Below the pieces are notes generated by a model. It was not told where the DNA came from. It did no database searches and worked only from the letters and a program-made list of their open reading frames with translations. Shown here one piece after another: positions 11,461-25,519 of a stretch of DNA of 64,000 nt. A program made the translations under genes and the position numbers. Source of the DNA: Ptychomitrium polyphyllum. Taxonomy: Eukaryota. The DNA is taken from assembly GCA_973851085.1 (NCBI GenBank), contig OZ316775.1:17980001-18044000 (forward strand). Direction: 5' to 3'. Each line of letters begins with the position of its first letter. The stretch's first letter is position 1.

Positions 11461-13424
11461 GCCATGCAGCATTGTAGCCACAAATGATAATGAGTGTTTT
11501 TAAAAGAAAACACTTTATAAGAATTAAGTTGCTTCAATTATATGACCAAGAAATGGCTATAGGAACATTAAAAATTAAAATTATAGAAGAACAATCTGAT
11601 GCTAGAAAGGCTAAAGTAATTACTATTTGTCTAAGATTTATGTCTTCTACAATTTATAGTAGTGAAATTGAAAGTTAGGTTTTTAAAAGAATTGTAGAAA
11701 TGTCGTTGTATTGATTTGTAACATTATAAATTTGTATTGGATTTTCATCATACATGTATATAATATAGTTGTATAATATTTATAATATGAGAATAGAAAA
11801 TTTACTATTTATAAAAATTTGAAAGATAATAACATAACAAAAAATTAGATTAATATGAATACAATATATTATAAGAAGAATTTTGAAATGCTTCAATTAT
11901 ACGTATGATTTGATGAAATCTATATATGCTTATGTGTGTATTTATGAAAATGTTGCTTTACGTCTTTGTAGGCCAAAATACAAATAATATAATAGATGAT
12001 TATATTGAACATTTGTAAAATTGTAGTGTTGACAATCTTGTAGTATTTAAAATTATTTTAGAAATGATAAGAATCTGTACAAGACTTTGATGCCTCTAGC
12101 ATTTCTATAACTATGAAGCTTTATTAATACTAAGTTTTATTCTTTTAAATTTCTAAAGTTATTTTGAAGAATATATTGTTAATATTGATATGCTTGATTG
12201 CACGTCATAAATTAGAATTCATAAGAAATAGAATCTTATAAATTGTGTGTATGTCTGATGAAAGTTTTAAGTTTTCATCAACAATTTCAACATACCTTTT
12301 GATGAAAACTAAATTGACCTTGAAAAAAAATGTCACATTCAAATGTGAAAATTTCACAAATATTGTACTTTCATTAAAAAAAATAAAAGGATGTCTCATA
12401 TAAATGTGACGTTTTTATGAATACAATGTTAATAGAATATAGATACCATAAAAATTCATTAGGCAAGCTGTTTGAATCAATTTATGAAATTTTAAATTAA
12501 ATTATGAAAGGCATAGATATCTTGAACTAGTATATATTTGATATTTCATTTCTGGACCATAACCTCAAGTACAAAGAGACTTAGAGGGAATAAAAGATCA
12601 GTATGATACTCAGAGAGACTTAGAGACATAAAGGGAACGGAACAGCATTTGTAGTAAATTATTGTTTTTTGCATTATAGTGAAACAGAAACAGAGCGTAT
12701 ACGTATCTGGTACATGAAGTCATGATAATCTCCCGTTGCATGATTGCACCAGAGTTCAAAATCTAGAGTCCCAAACAGCAAATTTCTTTCAGTATGTCCT
12801 TCTTTTGAACAGCACAAATGATTGAAGATCGCCAACCTCTTTCAAGGTTACATTATATAGAGTGAGCTACAGTATTTAAACAGCCTTCAAATTCAGACAA
12901 GGTCCTAAATCTATCTCCGTATCAAAGTTCGAACTTCATGATAAACCCTTCAACGATGTGTACGTTGCTACAAACTGGATTACACGACCTATGAAGCAAA
13001 AAATACTTTAAAATTAAGAATAAATCACGAAGGGATCCTGAAATCAGATGGTAGTCCATTAATCATATGTTCATCAGCTCTGCGCAGAACTTGGACCAGT
13101 TTCCATGGTCACCTACGGAAACGCTAAAAAGCAGCCATAAGTGTGGAGGATAACCTCATCCAGGGGCCAAACTAAAATAACACCTTATTTAGATCAAGCT
13201 TCTACATGCTTGTTTCGGATATATCATGAGCAGGGAGCATGAGCCAACTTCAATCTCTTTCAAATGGTGTACATGAACAATTCCTTGATATTAAATCACA
13301 GGAAGTGATTGTAAGAGTGAACCTTCAACAAGTGACTGTCCGTTCCAACTAGATGAGATCTCGCAGACGGGGGAGTCAAGATTCGAATGCTCTGCAAAGA
13401 TGAAGAAGAGCTGGTTTTCGAGTA

Positions 13425-14837
13425 CTAGAACAAGTAGAGAGGCACCGGGCTCGACATTGGCGAGTTGGGCGCTTTGATAGCTGGAGAGAGAGAAGGCAAG
13501 AAACATGACTGTGGAGAACAGTTCATCGGCGGCCAGGTCCATGAGCTCGCCATGGAGCCCTGCGGCGACTTGAGCAAAACCTCCAGAAGACTGTTGATTT
13601 TCATATCCTCCGACGCAGCACACTGCCTTGCAGTATTAGCCTCTTTGTAGTCATCGTCATGTCCATGAACGACCGATATCGGGGGTAGATCTGAGTTTTC
13701 CCCAGGTCTATTGGTTCCAGAGACGGCAGCAGAGACAGCGCGCGCTTGTTTGGTGACAACACCGGAATCGACCTTCACTTCAGTTATTTCCAACGTCCGC
13801 TTCTGGCCGGTTATCGTTTGTTGGTCGTTCTTGTTGTTGACGGGTTGAGGTTTTGCTGCCTTTGGTTTGCTAGTGGTGAGCAGCTGGACGTTGCGGCCGC
13901 TGGCAGCGCGCAGAGGGAAGTTGAGGAGTGCGCGTGAGCCGCGCAAGCTGAGAGCGGCGTCGTCGTACGCCAGCGCTGCTTCTTCCGCCGTGTCGAAAGT
14001 TCCCAGCCATAGGCGGGAGCCATGACGGCTAGAGTCGCGAATCTCAGCAGCGAATTTTCCCCAGGGACGTTGTCTCACGCCGCGGTAGTGCTGGTGAGAC
14101 TGCCTTCTGGTTGATCCTGCTTTACGACCAGTATTACCATTCGCTTTCTGCGTCTTCGAAACAGCAGCAGGAGCGCTGTTCGTCACGTGAGCACCAGGTT
14201 GCATGGTCATGGACGCTGTGAGGGAGTCCAAGATCACCGGCTCCTCCTTCACTGCCACTGTGCCGCCGCTTCCTTTCAAATTCGCCAAATGATCCATATC
14301 GCCACCGTTGCCCTTCTTGCACGGTGACAGGGGCGCCCAGCCATTCTTAATAAAACTAGAGAGAAACAAATCATCAAAGTCGTTTTCGTTGAGCGAGAGC
14401 GCCGCGGCACCATCGCTGTGCGGAAGGTGATTGTACACTCCAGCCAGATTGTTGCAGTGCACTCGCTTCGACCCCCAGGGACTCGCCGGCCGCGAAAACA
14501 ACTGGCACATCGACGACGGCGACGTTGTCGACTCCTGGTTGTACAACACACTCATAGCAAAGTCGTCAAGCGTCAGATTCTTCTCCGCGCGCCCGGGGAG
14601 CATCAATGTGGACAGAGGCCGACTCGACCGGCACCCGGGCGAGAACACCTTCGCAAAACTACCATCCTCACCCCCCTTAGCTTCCTCCACCACCGGGGGA
14701 TGCAATTCTTCGCAGTTCGATGTCGCGGTTGTGCCAAAAAAATGGTGATCGTCCACAAGGAAGCTCTGGAACGACCACTCCGCATCATAATCCACAACGC
14801 TTCTGTGTATTCCTTCAGCAAATCTGAAGGTCTGCAT
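13425..14837 (-). CDS. AP2/ERF transcription factor (ERF subfamily), single exon, 470 aa
   Basis: One AP2 domain [19 protein letters not shown]...[33 protein letters not shown] with the ERF-type Ala14/Asp19. SP-rich C-terminus. Confidence 0.95.
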   Translation of the reverse strand: MQTFRFAEGIHRSVVDYDAEWSFQSFLVDDHHFFGTTATSNCEELHPPVVEEAKGGEDGSFAKVFSPGCRSSRPLSTLMLPGRAEKNLTLDDFAMSVLYNQESTTSPSSMCQLFSRPASPWGSKRVHCNNLAGVYNHLPHSDGAAALSLNENDFDDLFLSSFIKNGWAPLSPCKKGNGGDMDHLANLKGSGGTVAVKEEPVILDSLTASMTMQPGAHVTNSAPAAVSKTQKANGNTGRKAGSTRRQSHQHYRGVRQRPWGKFAAEIRDSSRHGSRLWLGTFDTAEEAALAYDDAALSLRGSRALLNFPLRAASGRNVQLLTTSKPKAAKPQPVNNKNDQQTITGQKRTLEITEVKVDSGVVTKQARAVSAAVSGTNRPGENSDLPPISVVHGHDDDYKEANTARQCAASEDMKINSLLEVLLKSPQGSMASSWTWPPMNCSPQSCFLPSLSPAIKAPNSPMSSPVPLYLF

Positions 14838-17694
14838 GATGAAACCGTCGCCCTAGCTCAGAGCTGACCACACTTGCGGTGTGAATTCACGATCCACGAG
14901 GACTCTCGTGTGCGCAATCTCCTTAGCCTTCCGTTCTGTTTGAGTCACGTAGTTCGGTTCCGAAACGGTGGTTCCCAATATCTACGCTTCCCGGATGCTT
15001 TCAATTAGTCTGAGTTTCCAGATGCTTCCAATTTGGTAAACTTGGAGTTCGCTCAACCACCTCAACAGCTCTGGTACAAGAGTGTGCCAGGGATGCTCCT
15101 TATTATGGACAGAATGTCAATCCGTGTACCTGAAGCTTTTTGATGTAGATGGAATCGTCAAACACACAGTTCATCCAATTTTGAAGCATAATAGAATTCT
15201 TCGCAACCTCCATCAACATAAGTTGATATCTTATAGCAGCTGACTTGCGTGAGTTTGGGATGACGGTGAATTTAAAGCAGAAGACACATAGTCCAGGCAG
15301 ATAGCATGTCAACGTTAACAACAAGTGTTTGCTGTAATGGAGAGTCTTGTGATCACTAGAAATGAATGTTTGATGTAATGGATCAGAGTCTAGCTAGTCC
15401 TGAAGTATGCAAAGGTAGACAAGAAGTAGGCAACCCGTTGATGGTGGTGTATGAGTTTTAGCCTGATGGGTGATGGGAGTGCTTGCTCTTATAGAGAAGA
15501 GTCCCGGTAGTTTTGTATAAGTCAAACCAGATTAAAGTCAAAATAGATTTACGAACCTGGACGGCTCGTCTTTGGTCTGGTTGAATTGCTTGGCGTGTGA
15601 GTCCTTTCCAGTCTTAAAAAACTAATTATAGTGTATGTTCCATTAATTAGGAATAATACAGGAACTCCTAAGGTCAGTTTCCAGTTTTACCTTCGTTTGG
15701 TATTTTATCTCTGGTTTTGATTAATAATTTGCACGTTGAGAACTTTGAAAACAAATGTTGTGAGACTATTTGATAATTCTTCTTCAAAGATGTAGATAGA
15801 AAGTACTGTACCCTGTAGCACTAACGTACTGTGACATTACACCTACAACTGTATACTGAAGTCATTCTTCCCAACCTCTTCAAGAATTCATGAACCACCT
15901 GTGTTTGACCATTGGCAGAAGATGTTGCAAAAATAAACATGGAATGTTAGAAAGATGTCATACCAAGACAAACTGATGAGCAGATGAAAAACGAATATAG
16001 TTGTGTGATATTTAATAATATCATGTTAAAACCTTGTTTATACTCAGGTAATACCTAGGTAGTGGTTAAGAAATTTAATAGGTATAGAGGAAGGGTTCCA
16101 AACCCTAAAGGATTAGAATCTTATGAACTCTTTCAAGACAGGGCGAGATTGAGACAGATACCACTGTGTCTGTATTATGATTGCAACATGTATGTTGAGT
16201 CTCAGCTAGCTACTCCTTGTTGTGCATTCAAGGCTCAAGAGTGAAGAACAATCTAAGTTTTTGTTACATCTTAAATATAAAATATGAACACTAACTATAG
16301 TTAGTTATTAAAATATTAAGTGGTGGATAACTAGTCTCCTCAAGGATCTTAAAAGAATATTTGTGCATTGAAAATTCATATGTTTCAAACTGATTTTGCT
16401 GCTGATGTCAGTGGACCTCAGATTCAATACAATATGACACAGGTCTCAGCATCATGCCATGAGCACCTGGGCTAGTGTTTAAGTCAAAGGCACTTCTGAG
16501 TAATCCCTAAGACGTGCATAAGGTTTCTTTAAGGCTTATGTGTCCAATTAATGATTAAGGTATGTCCAGATTCGAACAGCTGTCAAAGAATGAACTTTTT
16601 TGTGACAAATTTTAAATTTTAGGGTAGTCTGCAAGGAGCCCAAAGTCCACCAAGGTTTATGCTTGCCAATTCTCTTGAGCTTGCTGGCCAGGATTCCTGT
16701 GTCCATGCCAGGAAGTTTAGATCTTGCCAAGCTTCTGCCAAGGACCTTTGCAACTGCTAACAGCCACTAGGGGACTGAAAGGGTGGTCACAGGTATTCAA
16801 CTAAAATCAATACCCTGTCCATATGGAAATACTCTAGCCAAATACCATCATGAATAAAGAGGTCAAAATCAGGCTACCAAATAGATCACTGGGACCTAGA
16901 TTGTGCATGCTAATAATGAATATACCAAGTGTGTGAACATGAAGTTTGTTAGAATGATCTTTTGATATTCTAGCATACTATAGTATTTGCTGTTTCATAT
17001 ATTAAAGCAGGGGATGTATAGGATGATTCAACTAAAGTAAGAAGCCAATAAGAAAAAAAAAAAAAAAAAGCTCTACGACCTTTCTATATTACATTGCACA
17101 TGTTCCTTGGAATTGAATGAAATTTCTATATAAGAATGGTTGATAATATAAATTATATATTCATTTGTAGAATCAATTTGTTCAAATTATACAATGAAAT
17201 TTTGGGTGATCTAATTGTCCCTTTGGAAAATTGTCTTCAGAGCCATCATTGAAGAATGTTGGGTAGCTGCTTCAATCAGGTAGCTGCTTCAATCAGAAAG
17301 TTGCCATTTGCACTGTGATTTTTCTTTAGAATGCAACCAAAGGGCATGAAAATACATGGAGCAGCACTAGCTGGAAATAAATTGCATGCTACATGAGCAA
17401 GTTCCTACTCACTGTACATTTTATAGAGTGGTTATGATATTTCTCTTTGAAGGAGCACAGTGCATACGCTGTCAAAGTGGTCAAAGGACTCAGACAAGGC
17501 CTGGTCCCCAATGGTGATTAAAAACTGTTCTAGTGAGTCAAAACATCAAGACTTAGGTGTGCAGTCATACAACTGCTACTAGTATAAATATCAGCTGGAT
17601 CTGGTATCTCAGATCCTCCTGGGAACATTTATACTGCTTTTTGGCATCACACAAATATGCTAGTCTACTTTACTTCATGCACATTAGGACATAC

Positions 17695-17777
17695 AATGAT
17701 GTAGGGATGATGCCGCATGAATGATGTAGGAATGATGCCATATGAATGATGTTGGGATGATGCCGTATGAATGATGT
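17695..17777. repeat. 25-bp tandem repeat, ~3.3 copies
   Basis: AATGATGTAGGGATGATGCCGCATG / AATGATGTAGGAATGATGCCATATG / AATGATGTTGGGATGATGCCGTATG / AATGATGT. Confidence 0.9.
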
Positions 17778-19121
17778 CATAGATTGTACCAGGAGTGAAA
17801 GCTCATGCCTAAGTGTGCGTCATTCTACCTCACCTGCCGTCAATACTGATTACCCAGTAAATAGTTTGAATAGAGCCTGGAGGGCATAACATAAGCTTCA
17901 ATACAGCAGACACACTCATGTCCTCCAATGATCACCTCAATGGGTTTTAGTAAACCACATGAGTTTCTTCACAACATTCACAAGGCAATACCTATAACTA
18001 AGGCTACCAAACACAATTATTAATCAATGTAACACAATTCTTTTTTTTAATAATACCTGAGAGAAAAGAATTTTAATATGCTTTTAAATGTATTATTTGA
18101 AGTTTGTAAAAAGTCATAAGTATTCAAATTTGTGAATATTGAGGGTTTACCCTTCTTAGTTCCAGATGACTAATAGCTTGTTAAATATGCTACAATGCAT
18201 ATTTGTAATAAAAATTTCTATCTATTTCCTTAAAAAATTTGAATTGGTGTGGTGTAAAATTATAATTCTTAGATTGAGATGCTCAACATTAACTAAAAAT
18301 CTCATAGCCTGTAATTGTGGAATTAAACTTCACCTTATATATTTCTTTTCATCATTATTGTTGAATGGGAATGATAAGTTTATAATTTTTCCAAATGAAA
18401 TCATATCTTTATTGCAAACAATGTGCCATAATTTTTCAAATTTTGTCTTAATGTTTGAAAATTGATCTTCTGAGTTTTTTAATTATTAAGGATATTTGTG
18501 TCCATTACAAAACTCGAAAAACATATTTTATAGAAATTTCATATGAAATTCATATGAAACCTTAAAGGTTAAAAATTCTGCACACTTTGTCACTCACAAA
18601 TTTTACTGTTTCGTTACTGTGCAAACAGGTTTGCATATTTAAACTCGTTGAAAGCGGTTATTGTATGTTAGGTGCAATTTGACACCATGGCTTTAAGCAC
18701 CCAACGATTATGCACTATTTATTCCGGTAACATAGTCCATACTAATTCTAAATTTTTTTACTACTTGGGATCACCTGCAACACTCAAATGACACACGAAT
18801 GTTTCAAATATAGCAACCACTTAAAAGTTGATACTCATGTACTTTAGACCCCACGTTATTTTCTATCCGCATTGTGGATATATCCACAACTACAGCGAAG
18901 AAGATAATAGAAGACAACAAAACAGATGAAGATGTAATAAGGATTGATTGCATGATTGAAAGAGCAGGAAGCAAAGATCAAATACTCTACCCAGATAAAC
19001 AAATTCTTGAACCAATAATTTAGAAGGGACTCGATTTACAAGATCTGGGAAAGAATTATAGTATGCAGGAAATAAACAATTAGGCAATTCGCATCATAAG
19101 AACTTTGGTACTCTATTTACT

Positions 19122-21312
19122 CTAGTAGATGTAATACATGGGGTTGGGCAGCTTGAAGGTACGGTCCCCAGCATTTCCACCAGAAAGATCACTCCACTGG
19201 TCTCCCAATGAGCTCCTGATGCGGTAGCCGTCCTTCTCTAGCATTTTCCGATGCTTGGACTTGTACTCGACAGCAGTCAAGGAAGTCTCGTCTGGCGCCC
19301 TGCATTCGAGAGGATTGTGAGCTCAACATGGTATGAAAACACAAAATTGTATACTTGTATTAGGCCTAAATGAACCTAACACACTGTAGGAGAGTTACCA
19401 AGGTTACCAAGAACAAAGAACTTTTTGGTTTTGGCAGTTTAAAAACAAACGAAAACCTGCGTTAAAAGGAAAAAACTAAAACTGTCTTTGAAAACCATAC
19501 AAAAAATCTTTGAAAACTTGATAGACGATAGAGTAGTGCAGAACTGACATGAAAACGATACAAAGGAGAGGAAGGGTGGTGCAGCAAGAGGTTCTTTGGA
19601 TTTCTAGAATCATTGCTCAGGTTCTTAAGAAGTTGTGAGAAACTCGTATTGTTTTTTTGAAAACGTTCACTAACATTTTAGAACGATGTCCTTCGCAACA
19701 CAAGGTGATACCACATTTGAATGTTTAAGGCTTGAACTATGGAATGCAAGACTAATGAGAATTAAAAAAAAAACCCACCCTACTAGTTATAAGTACTTCT
19801 TCCAAAAGGTTCGCAAGTCTGTTATACTGTCAGCACTACGGATAGTGCACTCAGATATAGACTGATTTCTGACCTTAACACGAGCGTAGTCCAGTTTGAA
19901 TATCCAGCAGCGGCAAGGTTCTGTGCAGTCTTCTCGCGCTGTGTCTCTGGCCTTCCGGTAATGAAAGCAAAGCTCCAATTCTGAGCCCGGAGGTCTGTAT
20001 ACAGCGACAGCATTGCGTCCAATGCTGGGGCGCTCGCATTGTTCACCCAGTCATTCCATATGGCTTCGTTCCATGCGTCAGTACTGGGTAATCAAATGCA
20101 ATAGCTCAGAGAGGAGCACCGTGGTCTCTGCTCAACATTGGGTGTTTAAATAGTCTTATTGGGAAGTTAATGTACATAATACAATCCAAATTACAACATA
20201 GGTTTCAAAAGAACTCACCCATAATGGTTCGCCATGTAGTAGGGCATGTTTGATAAGGATGTCTCATCAATGTCCAACACAACAAGGTCACGTCCATCTT
20301 CACCTGCCTCGATTGTAACTAAATAAGTTCGGGCAGACTCGACAGCCACCGTGAAGTCCGTATAATACTGGCCAGAACCAACATATGTTGCAACAAAACT
20401 TTCGCATTCCTGTGGAAGAAGGTAGCCCTGCAGGTTGTTCATCTCAGCGTTGAGAGTGAAACTTGCACAGGTGTTCGGCGCAGGGGTCTTTTGACACTTG
20501 CCCAACATCACAGCTAGGGTAACGACAAGTGCAAAAAGAATGATGCCAATGGTGGCCGTACAGGCCATTAAGACAGTGACTGCAACAGAGGAGAGATAGA
20601 CCCCCAGATCATCGACTTCAAAATATGCATTCCCGAAGCCATATCTGCTCCCATATACTGCATATTCCAGATAGAACAGAAACGAAATGCTTAGAATTGT
20701 TCCCATGGGACATCATTAGGTCGATGAATTCAACAAGTGCCTTCGTGAGGAACGTTGCACCTACGTGTATGCAACAATAGTTTAAAAGGGAAAATAAATG
20801 TCACACCACTGTGAAAACAAACAGGCCACTGATTCATGGAGTTGCAACTTCTATCATGGATACTATGGACAGACTCAATAAAATAAACCACCTGATCAAA
20901 ATCTGATTATGAAACTAAAGCTGACAACACAAAACCAGGGCTCTACAATAGCCAAAATTACAGACTTCGAGATCTCACACAAGTCATTTGAGTTTCAGAT
21001 TGAAGGTCATCGATGGTTGTTCTAGCGCACAAAAGAAAGCGAAATCTGCAATAGACAAGAACTAGAATAACAATGCACAAATTTTTCAGCGAACAGAAAA
21101 GCACAATCCTACATACCAGAACCTCGCCGACTGCCAAGAAGTGAATTTGTTGAATTCATTCTGCTGCCAAGCAAAGATTGTCTCCCAGCTTCAAGTCCGT
21201 CGTCGGTTCCGTAGCTAAAGGACCTGGGCAAGGTTGAGGATAACAGAATGTCGGAGGCCGAGGTTGAGGACGAGTTGCCCCCATCTGAAGGTCCTTCCCC
21301 TGCTCCCACCAT
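19122..21312 (-). CDS. HAD superfamily class-B (plant VSP/APS1-like) acid phosphatase, 4 coding exons
   Basis: Exons 21312-21117, 20657-20219, 20083-19874 and 19299-19122, all GT-AG with consistent phases. Motifs DIDET, FITGR, YKS, GDQWSD and FKLPNPMYY, plus an N-terminal hydrophobic segment. Confidence 0.93.
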
Positions 21313-22573
21313 TTCTCACCACCAACTTGCTGTCCAAGCTTCTAACCCTAATCCCTACTTTCACTTTGAGCTGACAATGCTGTTAGAGCAGCAAACTCAT
21401 TGCACTTCCGATGGTGATTGTGTGTGTCCGCCCACATCTACCCTCGCTCTCAACCGATGCCAGCTTTGTGAGCAGAATCAAGGAACAAATCTGAACAGAA
21501 CAGCAGATTTAGTCCCGACTTGATCCCAAGAAAAACTCAAGATGATGATCATTGACGGATGCCCCCCCTGGACAAAGCAGATCTGCAGCCAAACACACCA
21601 ACCGAGACAATTACAAGACTTGTATCCTTGATGGACAGCTTCTAAAGACAATCTTATTCCAAAACAGCTGCAGCGCCAAAGAACACTTTATCTCTCCACG
21701 TTCATCAATTTCCGAAGGATTACAAAACTTTTATACCGCAACTTTCACACAAAATCACTATTATATGTAGACCAGCTAAGTGACGCTCCTCGACGTCCTC
21801 ACGCCAGCACTCGTAGGGTTAACACAATTCAAAAAACCCCGTGCAACCCAACAAAAGCAACTCTCGTTCCTCGAAATATTCGTCAAGGATTACAACTCAG
21901 ATAAGAGTTCTCCGAGCTGATCAAACTCGTCATAAACAGTTAATCCTACCACCTTGAAATGGATGCATTGCACACAATGCACTCATACACATCGAAACTC
22001 GACCAAGCAGAGAACCCCACCTCACAAAGAGTAAAGAGTCTGGAAAGGAACTCCCTGTGATCCCCACACACCACAAGGCTCCCTCTCTACCCAATCCCAA
22101 CTGCCAAACAGAGAACAAGGTCGGAGCATTGCATTGCAGATGCTGCTGGGATTGCGAAGGGTGACCAAAGCAACAAGGAAAAGGTGGAGGGAAGGTAGAG
22201 AAGATCACGTACAGAGATCAAGCGTGGGCCCGAGCTAGAGCGCTGCAACAACTCATGAGTGACAGCAAGTCAGATGTCACTCTCAGGCCAGCTCTGTGAT
22301 GTTGTTGCACCTTTTGAAAGGTAAGGTAACTTAACTCTGCAACTAAAATCCTTCACCACCAATTCAAATTCGCAATGGCTCCATAGGCCGCACTCGCCCA
22401 AGTTCTTATTATATGAAGCACATGGGCAGCTTCAATTTTTGATCGAACAGCACAAGTTGCAACAATGTAGCACCCTTAGGTCTTCTATTATTATTCTCGT
22501 CACTCCAGAGTCATGCGCTTCGTCCAATCTGCAAGAGCGACAGCGAACAGCTTCGAGCTACCGCTCCTCGGTT

Positions 22574-25519
22574 ATGGGCACGTCTACCCTATTGCTGCCC
22601 TTTGCGTCTCGAGATTGGCGGCCGACAACGTGCATTCAATGGGGAATTTCTGAGTTCGCGTTGGCGGGCAAGTGGGGGGAGAGCCCTGTGCAGGCTTTGA
22701 TTAGTGCGATTCGGAACGTTACCGCAGCGGCAGGCTGGAGGAATGGGAATGCCAGCTTCTCGGATCGTGACGATGAGGTATTGCTCTTGCTCCGAGACGG
22801 CGGATTGAGAAGTGCCATGAGTTGTCTGTAAGAAATCATTGCGATTGATTGCTTGCTTGCAAGTTGGTAGGAAGTAGGGGTCTTGGGTTAAGGTCGCGGT
22901 GTTTTGTCTAGAAAATGCAAACTTTACATGTGAAGGTTAAGTTGGGATGTGAATACTTGGTAAGCTAAACTTCTGTATCCCAATATCTGTTGAAGATTAA
23001 GAATATTGTGTGTCCATGGCTCGAATGGAAACTCTCTTTGCAGGTTGTTTCTTCGAGCATCCCGTTTGATCGGATGCTACCGTCTTGTGTTGTGTATTTC
23101 CTCTGTATTAGAGGCTTTCTGAGGGAGAGTAATATGAGTGTGTGAATTTCTTATTCTTTCTCTGTGAGGGGATGAGGTTATGAAGTGAATGTTTTGATGC
23201 ATGATGTGCTCAGAGGTGATTAGGTGTGAATTTCTTCGAAAGATAAAATCTCAATTGGGTTCTTGCTCGCAGTGCTGAACTGCTGATGACTGTTAAGACA
23301 TGCTGATGGCTATTTGTGACCAGGAGTGAATCGATAGCAGTTTTTGAGCAGCTCATATACAAGTCCAGTGTGTGGAGGTATTTCCTTGCACTGTGCTACT
23401 TCACTTATGATCATCTGCATTTTCTAAGTACAGATGCTGTGATTGTGAAGGAAAGACATGGAGGGTAAACAATCCGTGCTCAGCCCGGACGGAGTTAGGC
23501 CCACGATATGCACGCCGACCGCATGGGAAAGAGTTGGATCCAAATCCTGAGTGGGAATTGGTGCTCCAGGAATACTCCGCTCTGCATCGCACTTGTATTG
23601 GGAGTGTCGGGAACATCACAGAATACTTTCTGTCAGGAGCTTCTACCTCCAGTTGCAAGTTCTTGATTATGGAAATTGAAGGTGTTGGTTTGGGAAACAA
23701 GGTCGCATTGCTGATTTCAGGGATGCTGTATGCCATTTTGACGCAACGAGTTATTCTTTTAAATACCAACTCCCTTATACCATCTACCATGTGTGAACCT
23801 TTTCTGGGCTCGTCATGTTTACTTGATGAGCAGTTTCCTCTTGCTGGGAACAACGGGTGGAAGAAGACTATGTTGGGTAGCTGGGTTGGTTGGAAGTTTC
23901 CGGTTTGGAAATCTAGCAAATACTTTGAAAGAGGTACTTAATTCACTAATCTCCATTGCATAGAGTTCTTAAAAGTAGTGTTGTAGCATGTGAGTACTTG
24001 CGATCGTCTGCTTCTTTATGTTTTCCATCTTACCCATGCATTTCTACGTAAAAAGGTATGAAGCCAAGCGGCGTATAACACTACACCTTCAGATGTTGAA
24101 TTTTGAAGCTGAAGTCGAGTGGTTTTTTCAAGTAAACAACAATTCACCTTCTCTCTACTTCGTATGTTCATTAGGTGTTGATGCTACAAAAGCTGGCAAA
24201 GGTGCAGCACTTGCTTCTGCAGTGAAAGTTGATTTCTCTGATCCTGAAGTGCAGAGATTCTATTGTGACACGGATCAGGCATTCTTAACAAAGCCAACAT
24301 GGTTACATTTTAGCAGCTGTCTCTACTTTTTGCCGAAGCTTTTTGCAGTTCCTACGTTTCGACCCGCACTGGAGAGAATGTTCACTGATCCATCAATCTC
24401 TCACATACTTACTGCGTAGTCTAATGCTCCCCAGAAATAACGTATGGGAGCAGGTGAAGCAGCATTATGAAGACCTCTTTGCCAATGTGGATCGCCGAGT
24501 CGGCATACAGGTGGATACACAACGGTCTTCCCCTCTTACTCTATATGCATCTTTATCCAGAGAAAAGAGATAATTCTTTATCCAGAGTTTACGGTTTTAA
24601 TCAGCATGCTAGATATAATACGGTATAGGTTTTATAGGATTCAGTGTTATATTATTAATATTGTCACAGTGAATCACATTATAGGTGATGTTATTTATAA
24701 AGTGTCTTTTGAATCAAGTGTATTCAAGATGTTGTGTTGGTGACATTTGTAGGGGAAAGAACAGGTTTGCGTTTGGAGTCATCTATCACTAATTATCGTA
24801 AGTAGTGTGGTAAAGTAGTTCTGGTTTTCAAACACATGCAGCTGATTAAACTAGCAACTTGGCATTTATTAATTTACAGGTGCGGTTTCTCTATGTTAGA
24901 AAGGTCTATTTTAAAGGCGCAGGCAAGAGAGGAAATGACCACGTGAAGCAATGTGTAGCTGAGAACAATATTCACCCAAACATCTCAACCATAAACCCTA
25001 AAGTACAAACCGAAAGCAGTGAAGCTCAATCTGGACAAATAATTAGCGTCTATGTGACCTCTCTCCACACAGCTCTCTCAGAAGAGCTTCTGAAGATGTA
25101 CGAGAACCATAAAACTGTCACAGATGATATTGTGAAGGTCACCCAGCTAACGCAGAGGCAAACAAGGATTTACTGCTGATGAAGACAATATGACGATGGT
25201 GGAGATTCTATTGTTGAGCTTCGTGCACGAGCTTCTTGTAACCCCGTTATCAACATTTGGTGGCCTTGCGCAGGCCTACGGTGCCATTCGTCCGTGGTTT
25301 GTCAACGTCAAGAAGAACGATTGTTCGTGTGTGCATGCCCAGTCAGTGGATCTGTGCTACCAGACTTCAGCCTCGTGGTATGATTGTCCACATGAACCCA
25401 ATATTGATAGCAAGGAGATTCAGAGGTTGGTTCCTTACATCAGAACTTGTTTACCCATTGAGGAAAGTGATGGGGTGCAGTTAGTGTCACCAAATCACGT
25501 ATATTCAGTGGAGAGTTAA
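22574..25519 (+). pseudogene. GT37 (xyloglucan alpha-1,2-fucosyltransferase-like) glycosyltransferase, frameshifted
   Basis: Exons ~22574-22777 (uncertain), 23434-23933, 24175-24510 and 24880-25519. Motifs GLGNKV...YAILTQRVILL, VGIQ|VR and EILLLSF...VTPLSTFGGLAQAYG. Frameshifts at ~24400 and ~25160. Confidence 0.85.

Noticed and set aside
14276..14867. Several overlapping ORFs of 72-149 aa
   Set aside because: Alternative-frame or antisense shadows of the GC-rich ERF coding exon.
23401..23919. 172-aa minus-strand ORF
   Set aside because: Antisense shadow of the GT37 exon, with no recognisable motif.
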